From positions 32,001-96,000 of the forward strand of contig CACPJC010000001.1 in the NCBI GenBank assembly GCA_902634185.1: a stretch of DNA of 64,000 bases. Reading direction: 5' to 3'. This document shows, in pieces, positions 10,369 through 20,242 of the stretch. The notes under the pieces were generated by a model. It was not told the origin of the DNA, did not search any database, and was given only the letters and a program-made list of their open reading frames with translations. Position numbers and translations under genes: made by a program. Position 1 is the first letter of the stretch. The number at the start of each line of letters is the position of its first letter. The DNA is from an uncultured Candidatus Actinomarina sp. (GTDB lineage Bacteria; Actinomycetota; Acidimicrobiia; Actinomarinales; Actinomarinaceae).

Positions 10369-11637
10369 TCAGGCTGGTTTGGAGTCTTTTTTGTCTTTAC
10401 TTTGTTTTAAAACCATTTTTGGTTGGATATCATCAATTACATTTTCTTTATCAATTATGATTTTTTCAATATCTTTCCTTGAAGGTGCTTCAAACATTTC
10501 ATCAAGAAGTAATTTCTCGATTATTGACCTTAATCCCCTAGCTCCAGTTTTTCGTTCAAGAGCAAGTTCGGCCATTGCCTCAAGAGCACCGTCTGTAAAC
10601 GTAAGCTCAACATCGTCCAACTCAAAGATTTTCTTAAATTGTTTAGTAATTGCATTTTTTGGTTCAACAAGTATTTTGATTAATGCTTCTTTGTCTAATT
10701 CATTAACACTTGTTACAACTGGCAGTCTTCCGATGAACTCTGGGATCAATCCATATCTTCTCAGATCTTTTGGTTCAACATTATCAAATATTTTGCTTTG
10801 ATTAACTTTATCAATAATATTCAGGCTTGTATTGAACCCAATTGAGTTATCTCCAAGTCTTTTTCCAATTATTTGATCAAGACCATCAAATGCTCCACCA
10901 ACAATAAATAAAATATTTGTTGTATCTATTTGTAAATATTCTTGTTGTGGATGCTTTCTTCCACCTTGAGGAGGTACTTGCGCTGTAGTGCCTTCTAAGA
11001 TTTTAAGTAATGCTTGCTGAACACCTTCTCCTGAGACATCTCTTGTAATTGATGGATTATCAGACTTTCTAGTAATTTTATCAATTTCATCAATGTAGAT
11101 TATTCCCTTTTCAGCCTTCTTGATATCAAAGTCTGCAGCTTGTATCAAAGTTAAAAGAATATTTTCAACATCTTCACCTACGTAACCAGCTTCAGTCAAT
11201 GTTGTAGCATCTGCTATGGCAAAAGGTACTTGTAGTATCTTTGCCAAAGTTTGAGCTAATAACGTTTTACCGCTTCCAGTTGGTCCAAGTATTAAAACGT
11301 TAGATTTTTGGATTTCAAGATCATCATTTTTTGCGTCATCTTTATATATTCTCTTGTAGTGGTTATAAACAGCTACAGATAAAGTCTTTTTTGCTTCGGT
11401 TTGACCAATAACGAATTCGTTTAAAGCATGATCTATTTCTTTTGGAAGAGGAAGATGAGTTTCACTTGTAGCCTCTAGTGTTTCGACCTTTTCCTCTTCA
11501 ATAATTTCAACACATAGTTCAATACATTCATCACAAATGTAAACGCCTGGCCCAGCGATGAGCTTTATAACTTGTTTTTGTGATTTTCCACAAAAACTAC
11601 ATTTTAACGGATCAGTTGATGATTCTTTACTAGCCAT
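10369..11637 (-). CDS. clpX: ATP-dependent Clp protease ATPase ClpX
   Basis: CSFCGK Zn finger, [25 protein letters not shown] loop. Confidence 0.98.
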   Translation of the reverse strand: MASKESSTDPLKCSFCGKSQKQVIKLIAGPGVYICDECIELCVEIIEEEKVETLEATSETHLPLPKEIDHALNEFVIGQTEAKKTLSVAVYNHYKRIYKDDAKNDDLEIQKSNVLILGPTGSGKTLLAQTLAKILQVPFAIADATTLTEAGYVGEDVENILLTLIQAADFDIKKAEKGIIYIDEIDKITRKSDNPSITRDVSGEGVQQALLKILEGTTAQVPPQGGRKHPQQEYLQIDTTNILFIVGGAFDGLDQIIGKRLGDNSIGFNTSLNIIDKVNQSKIFDNVEPKDLRRYGLIPEFIGRLPVVTSVNELDKEALIKILVEPKNAITKQFKKIFELDDVELTFTDGALEAMAELALERKTGARGLRSIIEKLLLDEMFEAPSRKDIEKIIIDKENVIDDIQPKMVLKQSKDKKDSKPA

Positions 11638-11652
11638 AACCTTACCCTGTTG

Positions 11653-12270
11653 TTATTTTTTGTCTGCTAACTCCCTTTGAGTTAGTACTTCATCTACTAT
11701 ACCGTATTCCAACGCTTCTTGCGCGGTCATCCAAAAATCTCTATCTGTATCGACTGAAATTTGCTCAATGTCTTTCTTAGTAAAATCTGCCAAAAGACCA
11801 TTAATTTGATTCCTCATGTCTGTAATCAATTTTGCTTGAATTTCAATGTCTTTAGAGGTTCCTTCAGCCCCTCCTGCTGGTTGGTGCAACATAATTCTTG
11901 CATGAGGAAGTGAGTATCTTTTACCTGGGGTTCCACCAGCTAAAATAACAGCACCAGCTGATGCAGCAAGTCCCATACAGACTGTTGCAACGTCTGGCTT
12001 AATGTATTTCATTGTGTCATAAATTGCAAACAAGGATGTAATTGAGCCACCTGGAGAGTTTATATATACGTAGATATCTTTATCAGGATCTTCTGACTCT
12101 AGGTGTAAAAGCTGTGCCATAATTAGGTTTGCGACTCCATCATCAATAGGAGTACCAAGAAATATTATTCTATCTTTTAAAAGCCTTGAATAAATATCGA
12201 AAGCTCTTTCGCCTCTATTTGTGTTCTCAATAACTGTAGGTACAACATAATTTGAAGGCTCTTTTTTCAT
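11653..12270 (-). CDS. clpP: Clp protease proteolytic subunit
   Basis: [35 protein letters not shown]. Start reassigned to ATG 12270 (MKKEPS) to avoid overlapping tig. Confidence 0.96.
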   Translation of the reverse strand: MKKEPSNYVVPTVIENTNRGERAFDIYSRLLKDRIIFLGTPIDDGVANLIMAQLLHLESEDPDKDIYVYINSPGGSITSLFAIYDTMKYIKPDVATVCMGLAASAGAVILAGGTPGKRYSLPHARIMLHQPAGGAEGTSKDIEIQAKLITDMRNQINGLLADFTKKDIEQISVDTDRDFWMTAQEALEYGIVDEVLTQRELADKK

Positions 12271-12271
12271 G

Positions 12272-13588
12272 TTATTCTTCCTCTCTTGTATCTGTATCTT
12301 GATTGTACACATCTTGAAGATATACTTTTTCACCATTTTGGTCAACTGAGCTTCCTGACTTCAAAACATGCAACATAGCCTTATTTCTCAGTGATTCAGC
12401 CTCTAAATTTAATCTACGAGTAGTAATTTCAACTTCATCATCACTTTCCAGAGTCTTTAAATGTTCCTCGATAAGATCGGTGTCTTCTTTTTCCAATTTG
12501 AGATCTAAATCCTCAATAACCTTATCCAATATAACTACCATTGTTAAATTTCTTGTTGCCTGCTTGTTCAAATCATCCCTTAAAGCTTCTTCAGTTAAGC
12601 CAGTGACTTGAAAATAGTCTTCCATTTTTATATTATTTTGAGCTAACTCAGCAATAAAATTTTGAAGAATACTGTCCATTTCAGCAATCACTAATTGTTC
12701 GGGTAAGGCTATTTTGGCCTCTTCAATCAATTTATTTGTTAGTTCGGCTTGATACTGAGAAGCAACTTGTCTTTTTTTTATCATCTCAATATTTTTTTCT
12801 AGTTCTTCCCTTAAGTGTTTAATATCATCAAATTCTGTCGTGTCAGAAACCCATTCATCGGTAAATTCAGGAAGAATCTTTTCCCTTACTTCTTTCACTA
12901 AAACTGTTATCTCAACATCTTCTAGCTGTAATTGTGGAATATTATCGTTAAATTTAACAATTGCTCCTGGCGAAACGCCAATCAACTTTGAATCAAGCTG
13001 TTGGGTAAGCATATTTGTACCAACTTCGTATAGGTAATCGTTGTATACAAAGTCTTTTACCTCTTCTCCATTTTTACTTCCTGAAATATTGACCAATCCA
13101 TAATCTCCATTATCTAAAGACCTTTCAACTTTTGATACTTCAGCAAATTGTGATCGGACTCTATCAATCTGATCATCCATTTCTTCATCTGTAGGTTTTA
13201 TGGATTCAACTTCAACTTCTTGATCTAATTTAGGAAGTTTTGATAGTACAGGCCAAAGAGTAATTAGTACCTCAATCTCATAATTTTTATCTTTCTTCTC
13301 TATCTTTTTAATAACCGGTCTTGTAGCTGGATTTATTTCTTCATCTTTTAAAATCGTGAAGAGATTTTCTGGAAGATACATCTCAATTGCCTCTTCATTG
13401 ATTGCATCTTCCCCAACCTCTCTGGTAACTATATTTGCTGGTATTTTTCCAGGTCTGAACCCTTTAATATTTAAATTTTTTGATATTTTATTAATTGCTT
13501 CATTCTTGTACTGTTCAAGATCTTGGAAATCAACTTTTATATCAAGTTGTTTTTCAAAATCGCCGGCATTCTTTACTTTATATTTCAA
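12272..13588 (-). CDS. tig: Trigger factor
   Basis: GFRPGKIP signature. Likely start TTG 13588 with AGGAG RBS; the ORF-track extension runs into tRNA-His. Confidence 0.93.
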   Translation of the reverse strand: MKYKVKNAGDFEKQLDIKVDFQDLEQYKNEAINKISKNLNIKGFRPGKIPANIVTREVGEDAINEEAIEMYLPENLFTILKDEEINPATRPVIKKIEKKDKNYEIEVLITLWPVLSKLPKLDQEVEVESIKPTDEEMDDQIDRVRSQFAEVSKVERSLDNGDYGLVNISGSKNGEEVKDFVYNDYLYEVGTNMLTQQLDSKLIGVSPGAIVKFNDNIPQLQLEDVEITVLVKEVREKILPEFTDEWVSDTTEFDDIKHLREELEKNIEMIKKRQVASQYQAELTNKLIEEAKIALPEQLVIAEMDSILQNFIAELAQNNIKMEDYFQVTGLTEEALRDDLNKQATRNLTMVVILDKVIEDLDLKLEKEDTDLIEEHLKTLESDDEVEITTRRLNLEAESLRNKAMLHVLKSGSSVDQNGEKVYLQDVYNQDTDTREEE

Positions 13589-13606
13589 TTGTTCTCCTAA
13601 ATAAGG

Positions 13607-13685
13607 TGGGGTGACCGACGGGATTCGAACCCGCGACCTCCTGGACCACAACCAGGCGCTCTAACCAAACTGAGCTACGATCACC
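13607..13685 (-). tRNA. tRNA-His(GTG)
   Basis: GGTGATCGTAGCTCAGTTTGGTTAGAGCGCCTGGTT-GTG-GTCCAGG...GGTTCGAATCCC..CACCCCA; G-1 and encoded CCA. Confidence 0.96.
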
Positions 13686-13689
13686 ACGG

Positions 13690-13763
13690 CGCTCTCGATA
13701 GGACTCGAACCTATAACCTACAGATTAGAAGTCTGTTGCTCTATCCATTTGAGCTACGAGAGC
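13690..13763 (-). tRNA. tRNA-Arg(TCT)
   Basis: GCTCTCGTAGCTCAAATGGATAGAGCAACAGACT-TCT-AATCTGT...GGTTCGAGTCC. Confidence 0.95.
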
Positions 13764-13769
13764 CTCTCG

Positions 13770-13840
13770 AGCGGGTGAAGGGAATCGAACCCTCATAGCC
13801 AGCTTGGAAGGCTGGAGCTTTGCCATTAAGCTACACCCGC
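13770..13840 (-). tRNA. tRNA-Gly(TCC)
   Basis: GCGGGTGTAGCTTAATGGCAAAGCTCCAGCCT-TCC-AAGCTGG...GGTTCGATTCCC. Confidence 0.95.
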
Positions 13841-13845
13841 GCTAG

Positions 13846-13920
13846 TCGGGCTGGTGAGATTCGAACTCACGACCTCCTGCTCCCAAAGCAGGCGCTCTAG
13901 CCAAGCTGAGCCACAGCCCG
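13846..13920 (-). tRNA. tRNA-Pro(TGG)
   Basis: CGGGCTGTGGCTCAGCTTGGCTAGAGCGCCTGCTT-TGG-GAGCAGG...AGTTCGAATCT. Confidence 0.95.
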
Positions 13921-14015
13921 CACGTCTAATTATTGTTCCATGATAACGCTTTTATGGAAACAATAAATCAAAAAATTTATAGTTAAGTATTATGAGTTAA
14001 GTTAATCTGTAAAAA

Positions 14016-14088
14016 GGGTCGCTAGCTCAATTGGCAGAGCAACGGACTCTTAATCCGCAGGTTCGGGGTTCAAGTCCCCGGCGACCCA
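14016..14088 (+). tRNA. tRNA-Lys(CTT)
   Basis: GGGTCGCTAGCTCAATTGGCAGAGCAACGGACT-CTT-AATCCG...GGTTCAAGTCC. Confidence 0.95.
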
Positions 14089-14099
14089 CGCGACATTTA

Positions 14100-14182
14100 G
14101 CGGATGTGGCGGAACTGGTAGACGCGCTAGATTTAGGATCTAGTGAGCTTTGCTCGTGGAGGTTCGAGTCCTCTCATCCGCA
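14100..14182 (+). tRNA. tRNA-Leu(TAG)
   Basis: GCGGATGTGGCGGAACTGGTAGACGCGCTAGATT-TAG-GATCTAG, long variable arm, GGTTCGAGTCC. Confidence 0.95.
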
Positions 14183-14186
14183 CAAA

Positions 14187-14675
14187 TTATGAGATTGCTA
14201 CAACAAGTTCAGTTGACGTAGCAGTAGCTAGAAGCTTTCCATTCATATCACGAAGTTCACCCGTTAAAAAAATTACTTTTCTTCCTAATTTATCAATCTT
14301 CCCCCGAGCTACAATCTCACCGGTGTCGGCACTTATCTGGCTTAAATAATTTACTTTTATATCAGTTGTTAATGCAATAAAACCCTTATCTAAATTACAT
14401 TGGGCAGAAATACTATTGCAAGAATCCAGAAGAGTAGCTGCTAATCCCCCATGAACACTACCAATTGGGTTGTAATGAAACTCTTCGGGTACGCAGTAAA
14501 ATGATGCCTGCCCTTTTTCATCGATTTCAATCTTGGTAAAACCCATTAATGAACCAATTCCAAAAGAATCTGGTTTTAATTCAGTGAATAATTTTCGCCG
14601 ATCTTCTTTATCTAAATTAAGCAGTTTTTCTGCGATATCTAATGGTGGATCCCAGGAGTGTGTTCTCTCATTCAT
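14187..14675 (-). CDS. PaaI family hot-dog thioesterase
   Basis: HYNPIGSVHGGLAATLLD motif. Confidence 0.9.
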   Translation of the reverse strand: MNERTHSWDPPLDIAEKLLNLDKEDRRKLFTELKPDSFGIGSLMGFTKIEIDEKGQASFYCVPEEFHYNPIGSVHGGLAATLLDSCNSISAQCNLDKGFIALTTDIKVNYLSQISADTGEIVARGKIDKLGRKVIFLTGELRDMNGKLLATATSTELVVAIS

Positions 14676-16614
14676 CGCTTGACTCAGATGATCTTGTTTG
14701 TAACTCAGAAACTATATCAGCATTTGCCAATGTGGTTACATCTCCTAATTTTCTTTCTTCAGAAATATCTTTCAACAATCTTCTCATAATTTTTCCACTT
14801 CTTGTTTTTGGAAGATCGTTTGTAATAACAATACTTTTAGGTTTAGCAATCGGACCAATTTTATCGCTCACATGTTGTCTTAGGGTGGATATAAGATCTT
14901 CATTCCCCTCAAAACCACCAATTAATGTTACGAATGCAGCAATAGCTTCACCAGATATCTCATCAGCTCTACCTATCACGGCTGCCTCAGCAACAGATTC
15001 ATGTGCAACAAGTGCGCTTTCTACTTCAGCGGTTGAAATTCTATGACCGGATATATTCATAACATCATCAACTCTTCCGAGAAGCCAAAAATATCCATCA
15101 TTATCATATTTTGCTCCATCTCCTGCAAAATACATACCATCATATTTTGACCAATAGGTGTCAATATATCTCTTCTCATCTCCAAACACTGTTCTAAGCA
15201 TTGATGGCCAAGGTGTTTTGATTGCTAAATATCCCCCTTCACCTTTTGAGACCTCATTTCCATTTTCATCAACAACAACTGCATCTATGCCTGGCATTGG
15301 ACCACATGCTGACCCTGGTTTTGTACTTGTAATGCCTGGCAGAGGTGTAATCATTATTGAACCAGTCTCCGTCTGCCACCATGTATCTACAATTGCACAT
15401 GATTCATTACCTATGTTTTCGTGGTACCACATCCAGGCTTCTGGATTAATTGGCTCCCCAACAGTACCTAACAATCTAAGTGAAGTTAAGTCATGTGCTT
15501 GGGGATGTTCAACTCCCCACTTCATGAAAGCTCTAATTGCAGTAGGGGCAGTGTAAAAAATATTTACTTTATATTTTTCAACTATGCTCCAAAGTCTTTT
15601 CTCATCTGGTGCGTTTGGTGCACCCTCATACATAACGCTTGTTGTTTTGTTTGCTAAAGGTCCATACACAATATAACTATGACCTGTTACCCAACCACAG
15701 TCTGCAGCACACCAATAGATATCATCTTCCTTTACGTCAAATACTGCGGAATGTGTTGTAGTTACACCAGTAAGATATCCAGCCTGTGTGTGGACGATTC
15801 CTTTTGGCTTAGCTGTTGTACCTGACGTGTAGAGGATATATAACATGTCCTCTGCATTCATTACTTCTGGTTCACAATCAGCTTCCTGCTTATCTACAAG
15901 TTCGCTATACCAATAATCTCTACCATCAACCATGGTTACTTCATTCTCAGTTCGCTTTACAACTATTACGCTCTCTATGTGATCGGTAAGCTTTAGGGAG
16001 TCATCCACATTTTGTTTTAAAGGAACTATATCTCCCCTTCTCCAAGCACCATCTGCTGTAATTACAACTTTTGCTTCAGCATCATTGATTCTGTCAGCGA
16101 GAGCTTCTGCGGAAAAACCTCCGAATACCACAGAATGGACGGCACCTATTCTTGCGCAGGCGAGCATAGAGATCACAATTTCAGGCGTCATACCAAGGTA
16201 AATTGCGATTCTATCACCTTTCTTAACACCAAGCTCTTTAAGGCCGTTTGAAAGCTTACAGACCCTCTCATAAAGATCTTGATATGTTATTTCTTGAGAG
16301 TCTCCTGGTTCTCCCTCCCAGTAAAAAGCAATTCTGTCTGCATCAGTTTCTAAATGACGGTCAAGACAATTGTAAGAAAGGTTGAGTTCTCCATCCTTAA
16401 ACCACTTATAGAAAGGTGCATCTGAGTCGTCCAAAATCTCTTTGGGTTCTTTATACCAGGTGATTCTCTCTAAAGCTTGTTTCTGCCAGTAAGCAAGTCT
16501 GTCTTCATTGGCTAGGTCAAACCATTCTTGTGTAGCGTTTGCATTCTCTACAATGCTCGTTGGAGGGTCAAAAGTTCTATCTTCTCCAAGTAAATTTTCA
16601 ATTTTTTCAGACAT
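14668..16614 (-). CDS. acs: Acetyl-CoA synthetase
   Basis: YTSGTTAKPKG, DTWWQTETG, PKTRSGKIMRR. Confidence 0.97.
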   Translation of the reverse strand: MSEKIENLLGEDRTFDPPTSIVENANATQEWFDLANEDRLAYWQKQALERITWYKEPKEILDDSDAPFYKWFKDGELNLSYNCLDRHLETDADRIAFYWEGEPGDSQEITYQDLYERVCKLSNGLKELGVKKGDRIAIYLGMTPEIVISMLACARIGAVHSVVFGGFSAEALADRINDAEAKVVITADGAWRRGDIVPLKQNVDDSLKLTDHIESVIVVKRTENEVTMVDGRDYWYSELVDKQEADCEPEVMNAEDMLYILYTSGTTAKPKGIVHTQAGYLTGVTTTHSAVFDVKEDDIYWCAADCGWVTGHSYIVYGPLANKTTSVMYEGAPNAPDEKRLWSIVEKYKVNIFYTAPTAIRAFMKWGVEHPQAHDLTSLRLLGTVGEPINPEAWMWYHENIGNESCAIVDTWWQTETGSIMITPLPGITSTKPGSACGPMPGIDAVVVDENGNEVSKGEGGYLAIKTPWPSMLRTVFGDEKRYIDTYWSKYDGMYFAGDGAKYDNDGYFWLLGRVDDVMNISGHRISTAEVESALVAHESVAEAAVIGRADEISGEAIAAFVTLIGGFEGNEDLISTLRQHVSDKIGPIAKPKSIVITNDLPKTRSGKIMRRLLKDISEERKLGDVTTLANADIVSELQTRSSESSDE

Positions 16615-16645
16615 TTTTTAATTACCTAACGTAATTATAAAAATT

Positions 16646-18208
16646 TTATGATGAACTTTCCATAAAATAATAATTAAAGCCATCACATAAAGCATTCCAA
16701 GATGCATTAATTATATTTTCGTGAACACCAATAGTGCTCCAATTTATCTCCCCATCTGTAAATTCAACAAGGACTCTTGTTCTTGCCTCAGTTCCATCTG
16801 AAGAGTCAATGATTCTCACTTTATAGTCAGTTAATTTAATCTTGTCTACATCCGGATAGTTCTTATTCAAGGCAGATTTCAAAGCTTTATTTAAAGCATC
16901 GACAGGACCAACTCCCTCTCCTGTTGTTACGAATCTTTCTTCACCTACAGATATTTTACAAACAGCTTCTGAAACAACATTTTCAGAGTTTCTTCTTTCC
17001 GAATACACTCTGAAGCTTTCAAAATCAAAAAAAGATGGCTCTTCTCCTTTGATCTTTTTCATTAATAAATATAGAGAACCATCAGCAGCCTCAAACTGAA
17101 ACCCTTGATATTCAAGATCTTGTACTTGCTCAATAAGATTTTTTGCATCATCATTTGTAAGTTCTATTCCAAATTCTTTTGCTTTAGTAATTACACTTGC
17201 TCTTCCAGCTAACTCAGAAACAGTAGTTCTGGTGTAATTTCCTACTTGACTTGCGTTTATGTGCTCATAGAGAGTATTGTCTTTTGACATACCAGAAGCA
17301 TGAAGTCCTGCCTTATGTGTGAAGGCAGATGAACCAACATAAGGATGTCTTGAGTCAATAGCGATATTTACTAATTCCGCAATGTGATTTGCTATAGGAG
17401 TCAGTTTTTCAAGTGACTCTTCAGGCACTGTCTCAAAGTCCATTTTTAAAGAGAGGTTAGGAATAAGAGTACAAAGATCTGCATTACCAGTACGCTCGCC
17501 ATAACCATTCATAGTCCCTTGAACATGTTCAACCCCAAGGTTCACTGCAGCTAGAGAGTTTGTAACTGCACAACCATTGTCATTTTGAAAGTGAACGCCA
17601 AATGATTGATTGGGGTACTCTTCCACAATTGGAGTTAAAAGATCGGTGACCTCATGAGGAAGTGTTCCTCCGTTGGTGTCACAAAAAATAAAACAATCAA
17701 CGCCTTCTTGTATTACTGCATCTAAAATTTTCAAAGTAGTCTCCGAATCCTCTTTCAAACCATCAAAGAAATGTTCTGCATCAAAAAATACTTTTCGTCC
17801 ATTATCTTTTAGATATTTAACGGTATCAGTAGCCATTAAAATCGCACTGTCTACATCAGTCTCTAGAGCCTTTGTAATGTGAAGATTTGATGATTTACCT
17901 ACGATGCAGACGTACTCTGTTTCAGAATCAATAAGTGCCTGTACTTGTGGATCGTCTTCAACTTTTACATTTAATTTTCTTGTAGAACCAAAACTAACTA
18001 ATTTTGCATTCTCTAGCTTTAAATCTTTTTTTGCTTTGTCAAAAAACTCTTTTTCCTTAGGTGATGCTCCAGGCCATCCACCTTCAATATAATCAACACC
18101 CAACTCGTCAATTAACTTAGCAATAGCTAATTTATCCTTTACTGATGGGGAGATTCCCTCCTGTTGAAACCCATCTCTAAGTGTCGTATCAAATATGTCT
18201 ATCTTCAT
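16646..18208 (-). CDS. cimA: Citramalate synthase (LeuA/CimA family)
   Basis: DTTLRDG.QQEG, YIEGGWPG, FDAEHFFDG, GYGERTGNA, GFQFEAADGS, LTDYKVRI (CimA-type features). Start ATG 18208. Confidence 0.88.
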   Translation of the reverse strand: MKIDIFDTTLRDGFQQEGISPSVKDKLAIAKLIDELGVDYIEGGWPGASPKEKEFFDKAKKDLKLENAKLVSFGSTRKLNVKVEDDPQVQALIDSETEYVCIVGKSSNLHITKALETDVDSAILMATDTVKYLKDNGRKVFFDAEHFFDGLKEDSETTLKILDAVIQEGVDCFIFCDTNGGTLPHEVTDLLTPIVEEYPNQSFGVHFQNDNGCAVTNSLAAVNLGVEHVQGTMNGYGERTGNADLCTLIPNLSLKMDFETVPEESLEKLTPIANHIAELVNIAIDSRHPYVGSSAFTHKAGLHASGMSKDNTLYEHINASQVGNYTRTTVSELAGRASVITKAKEFGIELTNDDAKNLIEQVQDLEYQGFQFEAADGSLYLLMKKIKGEEPSFFDFESFRVYSERRNSENVVSEAVCKISVGEERFVTTGEGVGPVDALNKALKSALNKNYPDVDKIKLTDYKVRIIDSSDGTEARTRVLVEFTDGEINWSTIGVHENIINASWNALCDGFNYYFMESSS

Positions 18209-18220
18209 TCGTCTTCTTCC

Positions 18221-18247
18221 AAAAAAAAACCCCTGCAACGCAAGGGT
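18221..18247 (-). terminator. Intrinsic terminator (attenuator) in the cimA leader
   Basis: Minus strand ACCCTTGC-GTT-GCAGGGGT followed by a T-run, 12 nt upstream of the cimA ATG. Confidence 0.85.
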
Positions 18248-18269
18248 AACAACGATAAGTTCGTTGTTC

Positions 18270-18296
18270 TTAAATAATAATTATGAAATTAATCAT
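18270..18296 (-). CDS. Ile-rich leader peptide MINFIIII (cimA attenuator)
   Basis: ATG ATT AAT TTC ATA ATT ATT ATT TAA; 5 of 8 codons are Ile; followed by a hairpin and the terminator. Confidence 0.82.
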   Translation of the reverse strand: MINFIIII

Positions 18297-18302
18297 GAAT
18301 TC

Positions 18303-18330
18303 ATAATAGTTTCGATAATTTGCTTGTCTA
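18303..18330 (-). promoter_or_regulatory. Putative sigma-A promoter giving a leaderless leader-peptide transcript
   Basis: TAGACA-16 nt-TATTAT, 6 nt before ATG 18296. Confidence 0.6.
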
Positions 18331-18342
18331 CAAAAAATATAT

Positions 18343-18915
18343 TTATTCTTTAAATGTCTCACTCAATAGCGTGAACATTTTCTCTGTTGCAATTTTCCTG
18401 TGACTGATCTTTGTCTTCTCCTCAAAACTTAGCTCAGCAAGAGTTTTACCATCTACTTCAAAAACTGGATCATAGCCAAATCCATTATCTCCTCTTGGTA
18501 ATGTCGTAATGGTACCTGGTAGAATTCCCTCAGTATCTAGACGATTGTTCCCATCAAAAAAATACAACACTGTTTGAAAAAAGGCATTTCTATTGTCTTC
18601 ATTTTCCAAATTATTAAGCAGTTTTTGAATATTGTCTTCGGCAGTTGCAGTTTCGCCTGCATATCTTGCTGTTTTTACTCCAGGCTCATTATTTAGAGCC
18701 TCTACAAATAATCCTGAGTCATCTGAGATAACAGGGACATTATGTTTTTCAAAAATCTCTTCTGATTTTTTCTGAGCATTACCAATGATCGTATCTCTAT
18801 CCTCGACAACATCTTCCAAACTATCATCGAAAATAATTTCAAAATCTGAATCTGAAAAGATTTCTTTGATTTCTTGGAATTTGTTTTTATTTTTACTGGC
18901 GAATAAAATTTTCAT
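18343..18915 (-). CDS. rdgB: Non-canonical purine NTP pyrophosphatase RdgB/HAM1
   Basis: ASKNKNK, SDDSGL, GFGYDPVF, ISHR. Confidence 0.95.
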   Translation of the reverse strand: MKILFASKNKNKFQEIKEIFSDSDFEIIFDDSLEDVVEDRDTIIGNAQKKSEEIFEKHNVPVISDDSGLFVEALNNEPGVKTARYAGETATAEDNIQKLLNNLENEDNRNAFFQTVLYFFDGNNRLDTEGILPGTITTLPRGDNGFGYDPVFEVDGKTLAELSFEEKTKISHRKIATEKMFTLLSETFKE

Positions 18916-19580
18916 ACATTTTTCTGTACGTCGAAAATTTTATTTACCTCATCTTTAGTCATCTCAAAAAGCTTGTCTAAGTCTTCCTTTGAGAATGGTT
19001 TCTGTTCAGCAGTTCCTTGAATTTCTAGAATTTCGAAATTGTCATTAAGAACCAAGTTTAAATCTACTTCAGCACTTGAATCTTTTTCATAATCCAGATC
19101 TGCGATGAACTCTCCATCGACAATCCCTACTGACAAAGCTGCAATCTGGTTCGTTAGTGGATTCTGGACTAATTTCTTTTGTTCAACGAGATTATTGAAT
19201 GTTTCATTAAGAGCGATCCAAGCACCATTAATTGAGGCAGTTCTTGTACCTCCATCAGCATCTAACACATCACAATCAACGGTTACTAAATAACCATTGA
19301 GTATTGCTAGGTCGCAAACTGATCTGAGTGACCTACCAATTAATCTTGAGATTTCTTTTGATCTTCCGCCTTCAAATGATTTCCTTGATATTCTCTGATC
19401 TGAAGATCCAGGCAACATATTGTATTCTGCTGTTAACCAACCCCTATCTGAGTTTTCAAGCCATCTTGGGACCTTATCCGCAATGGAAACTGTAATCAAA
19501 ACTTTTGTGTTACCAGACTCATAGAGCACTGAAGTGTTTTCTGAATTAATAAAATCTTTGGTTACTTTTATATCTCGCAT
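18912..19580 (-). CDS. rph: Ribonuclease PH
   Basis: GWLTAEYNMLP, EISRLIGRSLR, DADGGTRTASI; adjacent to rdgB. Confidence 0.95.
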   Translation of the reverse strand: MRDIKVTKDFINSENTSVLYESGNTKVLITVSIADKVPRWLENSDRGWLTAEYNMLPGSSDQRISRKSFEGGRSKEISRLIGRSLRSVCDLAILNGYLVTVDCDVLDADGGTRTASINGAWIALNETFNNLVEQKKLVQNPLTNQIAALSVGIVDGEFIADLDYEKDSSAEVDLNLVLNDNFEILEIQGTAEQKPFSKEDLDKLFEMTKDEVNKIFDVQKNV

Positions 19581-19591
19581 AAATCTATTTC

Positions 19592-20242
19592 TTAAGGTGA
19601 TAGTCTAGTTATTTCCCATGAATTATCATTTTTAACATAAATAAAGCGATCATGGGTTCTGCTTCTTCTACCCTGCCAAAACTCCCAGAAACTAATATCA
19701 ATTGTATAGCCACCCCAATTGTCGGGTCTTGGAATATCTTTTCCTTCAAATTCTATTTCCAACTCTTTAATCCTATCTTCAACCGTTTCTCTTCCTTCAA
19801 TTTCAGTGCTTTGACTTGATGCAATAGCACTTAGTTGTGCTCCCCTCGGTCTTGAAGCAAAGTAGTTATCAGATACCTCATCGGATGTTTTAGAAACTAC
19901 GCCCTCAAGTCGAATTTGACGATGTAACTCAGGCCAAAAGAATAATCCTGAAATATTTGGATTGTTTTCCATTTCCCGACCCTTGCTACTTTCATAATCT
20001 GAGTAGAAAACAAGTTTGTTATCGACAATATCCTTAAATAGTACGTACCTTGATCTTGGTGTTCCCTCTTCGCTGATAGTAGATATCGCCATTGCATTTG
20101 CTTCATTAACCTCTGCGTCAATAGCAATTTGAAACCATACATTAAATTGCTCTAAAGGATTAGTATCTAGATCTTCGATATTTAATGGCTTGTCTTCGTA
20201 TTCAACCCTAATTTTTTTAACTTTGTCAGATATACTGTCCAT
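19592..20242 (-). CDS. pdxH: Pyridoxamine 5'-phosphate oxidase
   Basis: RQIRLEG, YFASRPRGAQL, WEFWQGRRSRTHDR. Confidence 0.95.
   Translation of the reverse strand: MDSISDKVKKIRVEYEDKPLNIEDLDTNPLEQFNVWFQIAIDAEVNEANAMAISTISEEGTPRSRYVLFKDIVDNKLVFYSDYESSKGREMENNPNISGLFFWPELHRQIRLEGVVSKTSDEVSDNYFASRPRGAQLSAIASSQSTEIEGRETVEDRIKELEIEFEGKDIPRPDNWGGYTIDISFWEFWQGRRSRTHDRFIYVKNDNSWEITRLSP

Noticed and set aside
13589-13651. N-terminal extension of tig (MWSRRSRVRIPS)
   Set aside because: It is translated tRNA-His sequence; TTG 13588 has an RBS.
14143-14349. 68-aa ORF
   Set aside because: Starts inside tRNA-Leu and is antisense to the thioesterase.
18209-18238. cimA N-terminal extension MQGFFFGRRR
   Set aside because: It is the terminator stem and T-run read in frame.
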